From positions 1 through 45,753 of the forward strand of contig JBGQME010000016.1 in the NCBI GenBank assembly GCA_041500425.1: a stretch of DNA of 45,753 nucleotides. Direction: 5' to 3'. The notes under the pieces are model-generated. The model made no database searches. It was not told the origin of the DNA and was given only the letters and a program-made list of their open reading frames with translations. Shown piece by piece: positions 36,155 to 45,753 of this stretch; the stretch's first letter is position 1; each line of letters starts with the position of its first letter. Source of the DNA: Candidatus Bathyarchaeia archaeon (GTDB lineage: Archaea > Thermoproteota > Bathyarchaeia > Bathyarchaeales > Bathycorpusculaceae). The translations under genes were made by a program, and so were the position numbers.

Positions 36155-38161
36155 TTGCCAAACAGAGTACTTCTTGGACCCTTGTTGGCACTCCTGTTTA
36201 GTAGCATGTTAGCAGGGACTTTTCACATTGAGCCCGTCAAAGCAAGCGGAACCATTTACATCAGGGCTGACGGAAGCATAGACCCCCCAACAGCACCAAT
36301 TTCGACCGTTGACAACGTTACCTACATCTTCATAGATAATATTAACGATTCCGTTGTTGTTGAGAGGGACAGCATAATAATAGATGGAAACAGCTCCACG
36401 CTTCAAGGAGACGGAACAGGTGTTGGGTTGGGTCTGGAAGGAAGACGAGGCATAACCGTCAAGAAAATAACCATCATAAATTTCTCGGTGGGCATCTACA
36501 TGTACAGCGAATATAGCTACTATGGTGTCTGCACCATAAGAGACAACACAATACTAAACTGCAATTGGGCAGGCATCGAGGTTGTTGGGTACAATAACAA
36601 CAACATAAGAGGCAACATCGTAACAAATACCCCTTATGGCATCTACCTAAGTGGATGTGATGGCAACATCGTAAGCAACAATTACATAAACGGCGGTGGC
36701 ATCTACTTGAACGGGGGAAGTGACAGCAATACTATAAGCTATAACAAGATAATGAACAGTGCTGACGGCATTATACTAATGGACAATTGTGGCAACAACA
36801 TCATAAGCTGCAACGACGTAGTAGATAGCTGGTTTTATGGCTTCTATGTATACTTATGTTTTAATAACATCATCTATCACAACAACATCATCAACAACGA
36901 TGTTCAGGTTTATAGTGAAGCTTCGGTCAACATTTGGGATGATGGGTATCCTTCTGGCGGAAACTACTGGAGCGACTATGCTGGCGTAGACTTTTACAGT
37001 GGTCCTTATCAGAATGAGACAGGCAGAGATGGAATAGGAGATACTCCATACATCATTGATGCAACCAATACAGACAGATATCCACTCCGGAATCCGTGGC
37101 CATTCAGAATAGTCGAAACAACCGTCAATATAGCAGGAACAAATTACACCATCCCAATAGAAAGTAACGCGGCAATAACCCATGCTGTTGCCACGAAAAG
37201 CGCTCTATACTTTAACACATCTGGCCCCACTGGAACAACAGGCTACATCAACATATCCTTCCCAATGGGCCTCAACAAAACCGAAATCAAAGTGTTCATT
37301 GACGGTGTGAAGCTCACGCCCCCTCCCTATCCAATAATCACCTCTAACGGAACACATTACTTCATTTATTTTGAGTCCACCCTAAGCGTTCACGACACGA
37401 TTGTGCAATACGCAATTGTTGACATAGCAACAACCAACGTCACACCACACAAAACAGTAGTAGGTCAAGGCTACTGCACATCCATTAACGTGACCGTTGA
37501 GAATCAAGGCAACTACACAGAAACGTTTAAAGTCTTCGCCTACTACGACGAGTTAGTTATCCCCACACCTTCACAGTGGGACACTTTCTGGAGCATGGGA
37601 GACGTAAACAGAGACGGCTTTATTGACATGGAAGACTACGCCTTATTAGAGGCTGCATGGGGTTCCTATCCTGGTCACCCAAGATGGGACCCACGTTGCG
37701 ACCTCAACCAAGACGGCCACGTAGGCCCAGTGGATTTGGGCATTTACGGCGCAAACTACGGCAGAAACATCTGGACATACTTCGGATTAGGAACACCCCC
37801 CATCGGAACAAAAATAGTTACCAACCTACCCAACGGAACTTCCACCACCATTACCTTCACATGGAACACTACAGGCTTTGCTAAGGGCAACTACACCATA
37901 AGCGCCTACGCTGAGCCTGTTCCAGGCGAAACCGACACAGAAGACAACCTGTTCACAGGCGGATTAGTCAAGATTGGCATTCCAGGCGACATAAACGGAG
38001 ACACTGTCGTTGATTCAACCGATCTAGGCATACTTGGCGGTGCATGGGGATCATACAAAGGAGACCTAATCTACAATCCGAATACTGATATCGATGGCGA
38101 TGGAGTAGTAGACTCAAGCGACTTAGGCATAATGGGCGCTCACTGGGGCGAAACAGAATAG
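36155..38161 (+). CDS. Secreted parallel beta-helix protein with a CARDB-like domain and two dockerin modules (paralog of 31701..34490).
   Basis: 668 aa. Signal peptide, TIYIRADGSIDPPTAP, beta-helix repeats, the YPSGGNYWSDYAGVDFYSG...GDTPYIID module, an Ig-like region, and a CARDB-like segment (NVTPHKTVVGQGYCTSINVTVENQGNYTETFKVFAYYD). Dockerin-like GDVNRDGFID...CDLNQDGHVGPVDLGI and GDINGDTVVDSTDLGIL...DIDGDGVVDSSDLGIMGAHWGETE follow. The last 16 aa are identical to the paralog. Confidence 0.85.
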   Translation: MPNRVLLGPLLALLFSSMLAGTFHIEPVKASGTIYIRADGSIDPPTAPISTVDNVTYIFIDNINDSVVVERDSIIIDGNSSTLQGDGTGVGLGLEGRRGITVKKITIINFSVGIYMYSEYSYYGVCTIRDNTILNCNWAGIEVVGYNNNNIRGNIVTNTPYGIYLSGCDGNIVSNNYINGGGIYLNGGSDSNTISYNKIMNSADGIILMDNCGNNIISCNDVVDSWFYGFYVYLCFNNIIYHNNIINNDVQVYSEASVNIWDDGYPSGGNYWSDYAGVDFYSGPYQNETGRDGIGDTPYIIDATNTDRYPLRNPWPFRIVETTVNIAGTNYTIPIESNAAITHAVATKSALYFNTSGPTGTTGYINISFPMGLNKTEIKVFIDGVKLTPPPYPIITSNGTHYFIYFESTLSVHDTIVQYAIVDIATTNVTPHKTVVGQGYCTSINVTVENQGNYTETFKVFAYYDELVIPTPSQWDTFWSMGDVNRDGFIDMEDYALLEAAWGSYPGHPRWDPRCDLNQDGHVGPVDLGIYGANYGRNIWTYFGLGTPPIGTKIVTNLPNGTSTTITFTWNTTGFAKGNYTISAYAEPVPGETDTEDNLFTGGLVKIGIPGDINGDTVVDSTDLGILGGAWGSYKGDLIYNPNTDIDGDGVVDSSDLGIMGAHWGETE

Positions 38162-38180
38162 CCTCGAACACGTGCTGAAT

Positions 38181-38468
38181 TCAAGGCTTCTGCCAGAACA
38201 GGTAGACTTTCGTCTGCAACAGAAAACCACACGTCTTAATCAGCGTCGCCAGCTGCTCAACGCTGGCGCCTCTCACTTTCTTATCGTAGAGCTTCGTGTC
38301 ACCGTAGGGCTTGCCGCCGACGAAGACTTTGAAGAACCGTGGATGCTTGTACTTTATCAACGCAGTTCTGACAGCCTTCTCCTCCTTAGGGCTGAGTTCA
38401 CGGAGCTTCCTGAGCACGTAGCTGTGGCTGCCGAGCAGTTCAAGATTGAAGCCGAGCCCTTCAAGCAT
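38181..38468 (-). CDS. HicA/YcfA-like small protein, paralog 2.
   Basis: 95 aa and about 90% identical to 34510..34815 at protein and DNA level. Its start overlaps the upstream HTH gene by 8 nt. Confidence 0.4.
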   Translation of the reverse strand: MLEGLGFNLELLGSHSYVLRKLRELSPKEEKAVRTALIKYKHPRFFKVFVGGKPYGDTKLYDKKVRGASVEQLATLIKTCGFLLQTKVYLFWQKP

Positions 38469-38733
38469 GCCTGCAAGCTCCTAGGGCAGCACTCAACCAT
38501 ATCATAACATTCTCAATGCTCGGCAGTTCCTTGGGCAAAACCTGAGAAGAAGAAGGCGGTTGATTCTTTTCACTGCCTACTTCTACTCGTAACCCAAGGC
38601 GCCGCATCTTATGATAGATCATGTCCTCATTCTTGCCCAGGACCTTCGCGATCACATCAATGTCTTTGCGCTTCTTGACAAGTTGAATGAGCGTGCGCTC
38701 CTCTTCCTTGGTCCACGGCTTACCCTTTGGCAC
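38461..38733 (-). CDS. Small Myb/SANT-like helix-turn-helix protein.
   Basis: 90 aa. WTKEEERTLIQLVKKRKDIDVIAKVLGKNEDMIYHKMRRLGL has the W..EE..L...V......IA..LG.....I..K...LG pattern of Myb-like HTH domains. It overlaps both neighbours. Confidence 0.5.
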   Translation of the reverse strand: MPKGKPWTKEEERTLIQLVKKRKDIDVIAKVLGKNEDMIYHKMRRLGLRVEVGSEKNQPPSSSQVLPKELPSIENVMIWLSAALGACRHA

Positions 38734-39319
38734 GATATTCCTCCTTAAGCATGAAGACTCTGACGCGGCTTCGTTTTCCCTTACTTGCCAATCCTGTTCT
38801 GTAAAGTTCGTTCAAATGCAGGCTTTCTACTGCCCGAGATCGCTTCGTGATCTTGGCTACTTGCTCGGCTGACGTAGGTCCAGAGAAGGACTTGAGAGCG
38901 TCAATGGTTGTCTGTATGCCCGTGGATAAGTAGACAGGTTTCACGGGTCCATGTTGATTCTGAGAAGATGCGATGACTAGATCTCTCAGTGCCCTAATGT
39001 CCTTTCGGATTTTCACAAGCGCTCTGACAATTTCGCGGTATTGTGCTCCCATTGCTAGCTCACCTTTTGCCCCGCGAAGATCCCAAGGATCGTTCCGGTT
39101 AGCAAGGATATTGTAGAAGATCTCACTGCTCAACGTGTGAAGGAGAATAAGATGGGCAATCTCCAAGCCTGACAAGCAGAGCGTCATGCCGATCCCAAAC
39201 TTCACTAGCAACACCAGTTTCTCGTTCGGTTCCACAATGACAAGCCTGCCTCGACTGCTTCTTCTATCCCGGTCTTCTGGAACCTTACGCGTCAGCGCAT
39301 CGCGAATCACGTCTTTCAC
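38720..39319 (-). CDS. Hypothetical protein with a C-terminal winged-HTH (putative regulator), first gene of a three-gene operon.
   Basis: 199 aa. The C-terminus SAEQVAKITKRSRAVESLHLNELYRTGLASKGKRSRVRVF looks like a wHTH recognition helix plus wing. The N-terminal 130 aa are unassigned. Confidence 0.45.
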   Translation of the reverse strand: MKDVIRDALTRKVPEDRDRRSSRGRLVIVEPNEKLVLLVKFGIGMTLCLSGLEIAHLILLHTLSSEIFYNILANRNDPWDLRGAKGELAMGAQYREIVRALVKIRKDIRALRDLVIASSQNQHGPVKPVYLSTGIQTTIDALKSFSGPTSAEQVAKITKRSRAVESLHLNELYRTGLASKGKRSRVRVFMLKEEYRAKG

Positions 39320-39500
39320 GTGTTATTACCGTACCCATGGTTTATGACGCGCATCTGCGCCATCCGCTTCGTCCGACGTCCACCGACGAGAAAGCTGTTC
39401 AGCAACAGCCTAGCTTCTGGCGTCAAAGGCTTTCTGCAGAACGAACGCTGGCAAACCTGGCCAACGAACTCGCCCGCTTCTTGCTTCCGTGCTGGACGCT

Positions 39501-39686
39501 TCAGTGTATGGCGCTTTTCTGCGTTTGTTCTTGCACGGCTTTCCGCATCAAATCCTTGATGGCGTCACTGATGCCGTGTGGGTACTGAGGATTGACCACT
39601 TGTTCCATGAAGTCTTTGAGCAAGCTGCTCTGAATGCTATAGATCGTCAGGCTCACCACGATCCCGTCCCCCAGCTTGGCCTGCAT
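39501..39686 (-). CDS. Ribbon-helix-helix (CopG-like) small protein, possible orphan antitoxin or regulator.
   Basis: 61 aa. A beta-strand GIVVSLTIYS is followed by two helices (SSLLKDFMEQV / ISDAIKDLMRKAVQE), which is the RHH pattern. No partner ORF is adjacent. Confidence 0.35.
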   Translation of the reverse strand: MQAKLGDGIVVSLTIYSIQSSLLKDFMEQVVNPQYPHGISDAIKDLMRKAVQEQTQKSAIH

Positions 39687-40026
39687 TGCTCGTTCACCTC
39701 GCTTTTGGTAGGCTGGGCACGTCTGCCTTCACGCAGCGCATAACCCTGAACAGTGTGCAAGAGGGGAAGTCCCTTCAACGTGGCTCGTGAAAACAGGCTT
39801 GCCATGCCCAATGGACTTCGAAGAGTCTAGCCCTTAAAAGGGCAACGCCTGAACGACTCAGCTGCTGCCTGGAGAGGCGAGTGAAAGTGTAACCCTAGAG
39901 CATGCGTTCGCAAGTCAAATATGCTGACTATCTGCGACTACTGATTATCACGCTTTCGGTTGAGGGCTTTCGCTTTATTAGCATATATCTGGAAACACTG
40001 CATATCTTAATTGCGAGGTTCAGACT

Positions 40027-41625
40027 GTGCACGACTTTTCCTATAAACAGATGGACTTGGGCATGAAGGGGACTAAGAGTTCAAGTGGTGCGAATCTTGG
40101 TTTTGAAGAGAAAATGTGGAAGGCAGCGGATAAGCTACGGAATAACATGGATGCTGCGGAGTACAAGCACGTTGTCTTGGGTCTCGTTTTCTTGAAGTAT
40201 ATTTCTGACGCGTTTGAAGAAGTGCACAACGAGTTATTGAATGATCCTGAAAAGCTGTCGGACCCCGAAGAGATTGATGAGTACAAAATGAGAAATGTTT
40301 TCTGGGTGCCGCCTGATGCGAGATGGGAACTGCTGCAAAAGAATGCGAAGCAGCCCAACATTGGTATTCTCGTGGATAATGCGATGGATGCGATAGAACG
40401 AGACAACAGTTCTCTGAAAGGTGTCTTGCCCAAGAATTATGGTCGCGAGGCCTTGGACAAACAGAGACTTGGGGAATTGATCGATTTAGTCGGCACCATC
40501 GGCTTAGGGGATAAGGAAAGCAGAAGCAAAGACATCCTCGGCAGAGTCTACGAATACTTTCTAGGGCAATTTGCGGATGCTGAAGGCAAGAAAGGCGGAC
40601 AATTCTACACGCCAAGAAGCATAGTCCAGCTGCTGGCAGCCATGATTGAGCCGTTCAAAGGGCGGGTTTTTGACCCCTGCTGTGGTTCTGGCGGGATGTT
40701 TATTCAAAGCGAGAAATTCGTTCAAGCCCACCAGGGCAGGTTAGACGACATAAACGTTTACGGTCAAGAGTCAAACCAGACAACATGGCGGCTGTGCAAG
40801 ATGAACTTGGCAATACGCCACATCGAGTCCAAGTTTGTAATATGGAATAACGAGGGAAGCTTCCTAAACGATGCCCACAAGGATTTGAAGGCAGATTATC
40901 TTCTTGCAAATCCGCCGTTTAATGATTCAGACTGGAAAGGCGAGTCGGTCAAAGAAGATATGCGGTGGAAATTTGGGGTTCCGCCTGTGGGAAACGCCAA
41001 CTTCGCATGGGTCCAACACTTCATACACCACCTCGCACCAAGAGGAATTGCCGGCTTCGTTCTCGCCAACGGCTCCATGAGTTCGAACACGTCAAACGAG
41101 GGCGAAATACGAAAAAACATAGTCGAAGCCGACCTCGTAGACTGCATGGTTGCCTTACCCTCGCAGTTATTCTACAATACCATGATTCCAGCCTGCCTAT
41201 GGTTCATAGCCAGAGACAAACAAAACAACAAATACAGAGACCGAAGAGGAGAGGTACTATTCATCGACGCAAGAAAACTTGGCATAATGGTGGACAGAAG
41301 GCACAGAAAACTGACTTTAGAAGACATCAAAAAGATTGCTGACACTTACCACTGTTGGAGAGGTGAACTCGTCGAAGGACAAAAAGTGGAGTATGCAGAT
41401 GTTCTTGGATTCTGCAAATCGGTCAAGCTTGGTGGAATCAGAAAACAAGGGCACATTTTGACTCCCGGCAGATACGTTGGCGCCGAGGAAGAAGAGGATG
41501 ATGGAGAAGAATTTGAGGAAAAGATGAAGCGATTCACGTCTGAGCTTGCGGCGCAGATAAACGAGGGAAACAGGCTTGATGAAGAAATAAAGAAGAATCT
41601 TGAGAAGATTGGGTATGGTCTTTGA
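40027..41625 (+). CDS. hsdM: Type I restriction-modification system methyltransferase subunit HsdM.
   Basis: N-terminal HsdM_N ([31 protein letters not shown]). SAM motif [11 protein letters not shown]. Catalytic NPPF ([11 protein letters not shown]). Confidence 0.95.
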   Translation: MHDFSYKQMDLGMKGTKSSSGANLGFEEKMWKAADKLRNNMDAAEYKHVVLGLVFLKYISDAFEEVHNELLNDPEKLSDPEEIDEYKMRNVFWVPPDARWELLQKNAKQPNIGILVDNAMDAIERDNSSLKGVLPKNYGREALDKQRLGELIDLVGTIGLGDKESRSKDILGRVYEYFLGQFADAEGKKGGQFYTPRSIVQLLAAMIEPFKGRVFDPCCGSGGMFIQSEKFVQAHQGRLDDINVYGQESNQTTWRLCKMNLAIRHIESKFVIWNNEGSFLNDAHKDLKADYLLANPPFNDSDWKGESVKEDMRWKFGVPPVGNANFAWVQHFIHHLAPRGIAGFVLANGSMSSNTSNEGEIRKNIVEADLVDCMVALPSQLFYNTMIPACLWFIARDKQNNKYRDRRGEVLFIDARKLGIMVDRRHRKLTLEDIKKIADTYHCWRGELVEGQKVEYADVLGFCKSVKLGGIRKQGHILTPGRYVGAEEEEDDGEEFEEKMKRFTSELAAQINEGNRLDEEIKKNLEKIGYGL

Positions 41626-42919
41626 AGAAAAGTCAAAATTCAAACAGACAGAAGTGGGAATAATTCCTGGAGAATGGACGGTAGAGCAGTTAAAAGATTT
41701 GTGTGTTGACATATCTTATGGGTACACAGCAAGCGCTACTGAAGAACCAATCGGTCCGAGATTTTTGAGGATTACGGATATAGTTCCATATTTTATTGAC
41801 TGGCGAACTGTTCCTTTCTGCAAAATAAGTGATTTGGATAGAGCCAAATATAGACTTGACAAGGGAGACATCGTAATAGCAAGAACTGGAGCTAATACAG
41901 GCGCTAACGCCACAATAAGGTTGCAGAAGGATGTTGTATTTGCCTCTTACTTGATTAGGTTTAAGATAAATCCTAAAGAAGTAGACCCTTTTTTCGTCGG
42001 ATATGTCCTGAAATCTAATTTATGGCAGAATTTTGTTTCCGGTATCCTAGGCGGTTCTGCGCAGCCTGGGGTGAACGCAAAACAACTTGGGTCTTTCAGT
42101 TTGCCAGTCCCGGCTCTTGCAGAGCAAAAAAGCATAGCGAAGATCTTTTTTGACATAGACTCAAGAATAGAGCTAAACCTGCGCATTAACAAAACCCTTG
42201 AAGCTATTAGTCAGGCTATTTTCAAGCGTTGGTTTGTTGATTTTGAATTTCCAAATGAAGAAGGCAAGCCCTACAAATCACACGATGGAAAAATGATGGA
42301 TTCAGAACTTGGCGAGATTCCAGCAGGATGGACTGTTGGCTGCTTGGGTGATATTGCCGATAATGTGAGAAATCCAGTCAAACCCGAGGATGCAGAGCCA
42401 GATACTCCATATATCGGACTTGAGCACATGCCACGAAAAAGCATTGGTCTGGCAGACTGGGGTCATGTAGAAGATGTGGGCAGCAACAAGTCTTCATTTC
42501 ACCGAAAAGACGTTCTTTTTGGAAAACTCCGCCCGTATTTTCACAAGGTGGGAGTTGCCCCCATCGATGGGATTTGTTCCACAGACATATTGGTTGTCAC
42601 TGCGAAACAACCTGAATTTCTCGGCATGGTTTTGTTTTATTTCGCAAGCGATGAACTTGTAAAATACGCAGATATGACTTCGTCTGGTACCAAAATGCCT
42701 AGGACAAGTTGGAGCGATCTTGCCCAATATAGAATATTGATTCCTTCAAAGGAAATTATGCGGGATTTTACGGGCATCATCTATCCAATGGTTGAGAAGA
42801 TTATTGGCAATGTGCTTCAATCCAAAACTCTTGTATCTATGCGTGATTCGCTTCTTCCCAAACTCATGTCTGGGAAAATCAGGGTCCCTGTTACGGAAGA
42901 AAAAGTGGAAGCATCATAA
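41600..42919 (+). CDS. hsdS: Type I restriction-modification specificity subunit HsdS (two target-recognition domains).
   Basis: 439 aa. Two TRD halves separated by conserved central and C-terminal helical repeats ([11 protein letters not shown]... / [11 protein letters not shown]). The start overlaps the hsdM end by 26 nt. Confidence 0.9.
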   Translation: MRRLGMVFEEKSKFKQTEVGIIPGEWTVEQLKDLCVDISYGYTASATEEPIGPRFLRITDIVPYFIDWRTVPFCKISDLDRAKYRLDKGDIVIARTGANTGANATIRLQKDVVFASYLIRFKINPKEVDPFFVGYVLKSNLWQNFVSGILGGSAQPGVNAKQLGSFSLPVPALAEQKSIAKIFFDIDSRIELNLRINKTLEAISQAIFKRWFVDFEFPNEEGKPYKSHDGKMMDSELGEIPAGWTVGCLGDIADNVRNPVKPEDAEPDTPYIGLEHMPRKSIGLADWGHVEDVGSNKSSFHRKDVLFGKLRPYFHKVGVAPIDGICSTDILVVTAKQPEFLGMVLFYFASDELVKYADMTSSGTKMPRTSWSDLAQYRILIPSKEIMRDFTGIIYPMVEKIIGNVLQSKTLVSMRDSLLPKLMSGKIRVPVTEEKVEAS

Positions 42920-45753
42920 TGTCTAAAATCATGACTGAATCGGAAGTTGAAGAAGCTTGTCTTGCAATGCTCAGGGACGACCTTGGTTATGGTGTGGCTT
43001 TTGGTCCTGATATTTCTGAAGGAGGTCCGTTTGAAGAGAGAAAGTACAGTGAAGTTGTGCTTGTTAGCAGGTTGCGTGCTGCTCTCAGGCGGATAAACAG
43101 GTCTATTCCTGACAGTGCGATTGATGAGGCTGTAAGGAAGGTTCTGAGGACCGATAGCCAGAATTTTGTTGTTAATAATCAGTGTTTTCACAGCTTAGTC
43201 GTTAACGGGGTTCCAGTTCAGTACAAAAGGGCAGATGGAAGCATCAAGGACGAGATAGTGTGGCTGTTTGACTTCCATGACCTAAACAATAATGAGTTTT
43301 TGGCTGTTAACCAGTTCACTGTAATTGAGGAGCGCAACAACCGGCGCCCCGACATCATTTTGTTCGTCAACGGGTTGCCACTTGTGCTCATAGAACTGAA
43401 GAATCCTGCTGACGAGAACGCCACAATCTGGTCTGCTTTCAAGCAGTTTGAAACCTACCAAGAACAGATTCCTTCGATATTTAGGTTCAATGAAATCCTA
43501 GTCATAAGTGATGGGTTGGAAGCAAGAGCAGGAACCTTAACCTCAAAAGAAGAACGGTTCTCACCTTGGAAGACCATAAACACCAAGAAAATGCCCTCTT
43601 CCACGCCTCAGGTTGAAGTTCTGTTAAAAGGAATGCTGAGCAGAGATGCCCTGTTGGATTTGGTAAGACACTTTGTTGTATTCGAAGTCGACAAAGACAA
43701 AAAAGACGACAGCATGAAAATCTCCAAAAAAATCGCTGCATACCAACAATACAATGCCGTGAAAAAAGCCATCGGATCAACAGTCAACGCCACAAAGAAA
43801 GACAGGAAAGCCGGAATTGTTTGGCACACTCAAGGCTCAGGCAAAAGCCTAACAATGGTTTTCTACACAGGCAAGCTCGTTCTTGAGCCAGAGCTCGAAA
43901 ACCCAACCATTATAGTGTTAAACGACAGAAACGACCTAGACGACCAACTTTTCGGAACGTTCAGCAGATGCCAAGAATTGCTAAGACAGAAACCCGTTCA
44001 AGCTGAAACGCGAGAAAAACTGAAAGAACTGCTCCAAGTCTCATCAGGCGGGATAGTATTCACAACGATCCAAAAATTCTTTCCCGAAAGCGGAAGAGAA
44101 TACCCACTGTTATCAAACAGAAAGAACATCATCATCATCGCTGACGAAGCGCACAGAAGCCAATACGGATTCGGGCTCAAAGTCCCAAGAGATGTTGAAA
44201 AAACAGCACTCAAATATGGCTACGCAAAGTATGTGAGAGACGCGGTTCCTAACGCCACCTTTATTGGGTTTACGGGGACTCCGATAGAAAAAGCTGACAG
44301 AAGCACACCAGCGGTTTTTGGAAAATACGTCGATGTTTACGACGTGACACAAGCAGTTGAAGACGGATCCACAGTGAGGATTTTCTACGAAAGCCGCCTG
44401 GCAAAACTCGAACTGAAACCAGAAGAGAGACCGTACATCGACCTGGAATTCGAGGAAGTCACGGAAGGTGAAGAAGTAGAGAGCAAGGAACACCTGAAAA
44501 GCAAATGGTCCAGACTGGAAAAAGTCGTCGGAAGTGAAAAGAGAATCAAACGAATCGCCAAAGATATAATCACACACTGGGAAAACAGACTATCCATCCT
44601 CGACGGCAAAGCCATGATCGTCTGCATGAGCAGAAGAATATGCATAGAACTCCACAACGAGATAAAGAAGCTGAGACCAGAGTGGTATCACGAAGACGAC
44701 GACAGAGGAACCATGAAAGTAGTAATCACTGGTTCCGCAACTGATGGAGCGGCATGGCAAGAACACATTCGGAACAAAGAAAAAAGAAGAGCGCTCGGAG
44801 AACGAATGAAAGACCCCTCCGACCCAATGAGAATAGCCATTGTCAGAGACATGTGGCTCACAGGATTCGATGCCCCAAGCCTAAACACCATGTATCTAGA
44901 CAAGCCTATGACAGGCCATACACTGATGCAGGCAATAGCACGAGTCAACAGAGTCTTCAAAGACAAACCCGGCGGTCTAGTCGTTGACTACATCGGCATA
45001 GCCTACGACCTAAAGAAAGCATTATCTGAATACACAGAAGGCGACAAGAAAGAAACAGGCATCCCACAAGAAATAGCCATTGCCAAAATGCAAGAAAAAT
45101 ACGAAATAGTCTCAGCATTTTTCCACGGATTCAGCTATGAAAACTTCTTTTACGCAGAAACAACAGAAAAAATGACCATCATGAAGCAAGCAATGGAACA
45201 CGTCTTAACAAAAGAAAAAGGCAAAGAACGATACCTAAAAGAAGCCACCACGTTGGCATGGGCTTTTGCGCTCGCTGTACCACACGAAGACGCACTTAAA
45301 ATCAGAGACGACGTCGGCTTCTTCCAAGCCGTAAAAGCCGCAATAGTGAAAAACACCGAACCAAAAACATCCCAAAGAGACACCGTAGACTCCGCCATAA
45401 AACAGATACTCTCCAAAGCAATAATATCCGACAGAGTAATCGACGTCTTCGCCGCCGCTGGTCTGAAAAAACCAGACATATCCATATTATCGGAGGAATT
45501 CCTAGCCGAAGTAAAACACATGCCCCAGAAAAACTTGGCTTTCGAAATGCTTAAGAAACTGCTAAACGACGAGATCAGGTTCAGGCAGAAAAAGAACCTC
45601 ATCCAAGCAAGGTCATTCGAAGAGCTTTTGGACAAAGCCATCAAAGCCTACACGAACAAAAGCATCGAAGCAGCAGAAATCATCCAGCAACTAATTGAAC
45701 TCGCCCAAAAAATGCGAGAAGAACAAAACCGCGGCAAACAACTAAACCTAAAC
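42919..45753 (+). CDS. hsdR: Type I restriction enzyme R subunit HsdR; the 3' end lies beyond the window, so it is absent from the ORF track.
   Basis: The ATG at 42919 overlaps the hsdS TAA (TAATG). Hand translation gives [25 protein letters not shown]... The Walker A motif [15 protein letters not shown], the DEAH box [11 protein letters not shown], and helicase motif VI (QAIARVNR) are present. The frame is open through 45753. Confidence 0.9.
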   Translation, partial: MSKIMTESEVEEACLAMLRDDLGYGVAFGPDISEGGPFEERKYSEVVLVSRLRAALRRINRSIPDSAIDEAVRKVLRTDSQNFVVNNQCFHSLVVNGVPVQYKRADGSIKDEIVWLFDFHDLNNNEFLAVNQFTVIEERNNRRPDIILFVNGLPLVLIELKNPADENATIWSAFKQFETYQEQIPSIFRFNEILVISDGLEARAGTLTSKEERFSPWKTINTKKMPSSTPQVEVLLKGMLSRDALLDLVRHFVVFEVDKDKKDDSMKISKKIAAYQQYNAVKKAIGSTVNATKKDRKAGIVWHTQGSGKSLTMVFYTGKLVLEPELENPTIIVLNDRNDLDDQLFGTFSRCQELLRQKPVQAETREKLKELLQVSSGGIVFTTIQKFFPESGREYPLLSNRKNIIIIADEAHRSQYGFGLKVPRDVEKTALKYGYAKYVRDAVPNATFIGFTGTPIEKADRSTPAVFGKYVDVYDVTQAVEDGSTVRIFYESRLAKLELKPEERPYIDLEFEEVTEGEEVESKEHLKSKWSRLEKVVGSEKRIKRIAKDIITHWENRLSILDGKAMIVCMSRRICIELHNEIKKLRPEWYHEDDDRGTMKVVITGSATDGAAWQEHIRNKEKRRALGERMKDPSDPMRIAIVRDMWLTGFDAPSLNTMYLDKPMTGHTLMQAIARVNRVFKDKPGGLVVDYIGIAYDLKKALSEYTEGDKKETGIPQEIAIAKMQEKYEIVSAFFHGFSYENFFYAETTEKMTIMKQAMEHVLTKEKGKERYLKEATTLAWAFALAVPHEDALKIRDDVGFFQAVKAAIVKNTEPKTSQRDTVDSAIKQILSKAIISDRVIDVFAAAGLKKPDISILSEEFLAEVKHMPQKNLAFEMLKKLLNDEIRFRQKKNLIQARSFEELLDKAIKAYTNKSIEAAEIIQQLIELAQKMREEQNRGKQLNLN

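Noticed and set aside
43000-45644. Minus-strand ORFs (for example 44113..44577, 45150..45644) near the right edge.
   Set aside because: They are antisense to hsdR, which has strong Walker A and DEAH motifs in the plus frame. The ORFs have low complexity.
1-45753. CRISPR arrays or cas genes.
   Set aside because: No direct-repeat/spacer periodicity is visible anywhere. The only repeats are the tRNA-derived motif copies and coding low-complexity repeats.

Overview
This 45.7-kb window is from an archaeal chromosome. The informational genes suggest an uncultivated TACK-type archaeon, but that assignment is inference only.

The left two-thirds is housekeeping. Going left to right it carries a thermosome gene, a MoaD/SAMP-like Gly-Gly protein next to an ornithine-cyclodeaminase-family gene, the L3-L4-L23-L2-S19 ribosomal operon, and a convergent conserved superoperon (S6e, aIF2-gamma, PIN, Rpo7/E', Spt4, GTP-dependent dephospho-CoA kinase, S24e, S27ae). 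Further on are a Fae-Hps fusion, an M32 carboxypeptidase, both subunits of phosphomevalonate dehydratase (AcnX), an HD-domain hydrolase, thymidylate kinase, and a class-I lysyl-tRNA synthetase.

I found three tRNA genes by eye. tRNA-Glu(CUC) carries a canonical 21-nt intron. tRNA-Glu(UUC) has no intron. tRNA-Arg(GCG) carries a roughly 37-nt non-canonical intron in its D-loop.

The right third (about 31.2 kb to the end) looks like an accessory or defence island centred on tRNA-Arg. It holds two paralogous modules, each a giant secreted parallel beta-helix protein ending in a dockerin and paired with a conserved small HicA-like gene. Each module is preceded by a tRNA-derived repeat motif. The island also holds a DUF4258/DUF2283-like candidate toxin-antitoxin pair, a three-gene operon (wHTH protein, Myb-like HTH protein, HicA-like protein), an orphan RHH protein, and a complete type I restriction-modification system (hsdM, hsdS, hsdR).

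A tightly packed uncharacterised cluster at 26.8-29.5 kb (Zn-ribbon protein, coiled-coil protein, SPFH/Band_7_1 protein with a double Zn-ribbon tail, small membrane protein) is the best candidate for an undescribed membrane-associated system.

Three genes are missing from the supplied ORF track: two that run off the window edges (membrane protein 1-717 and hsdR 42919-45753) and a 54-aa Cren7-like chromatin protein below the length cutoff.
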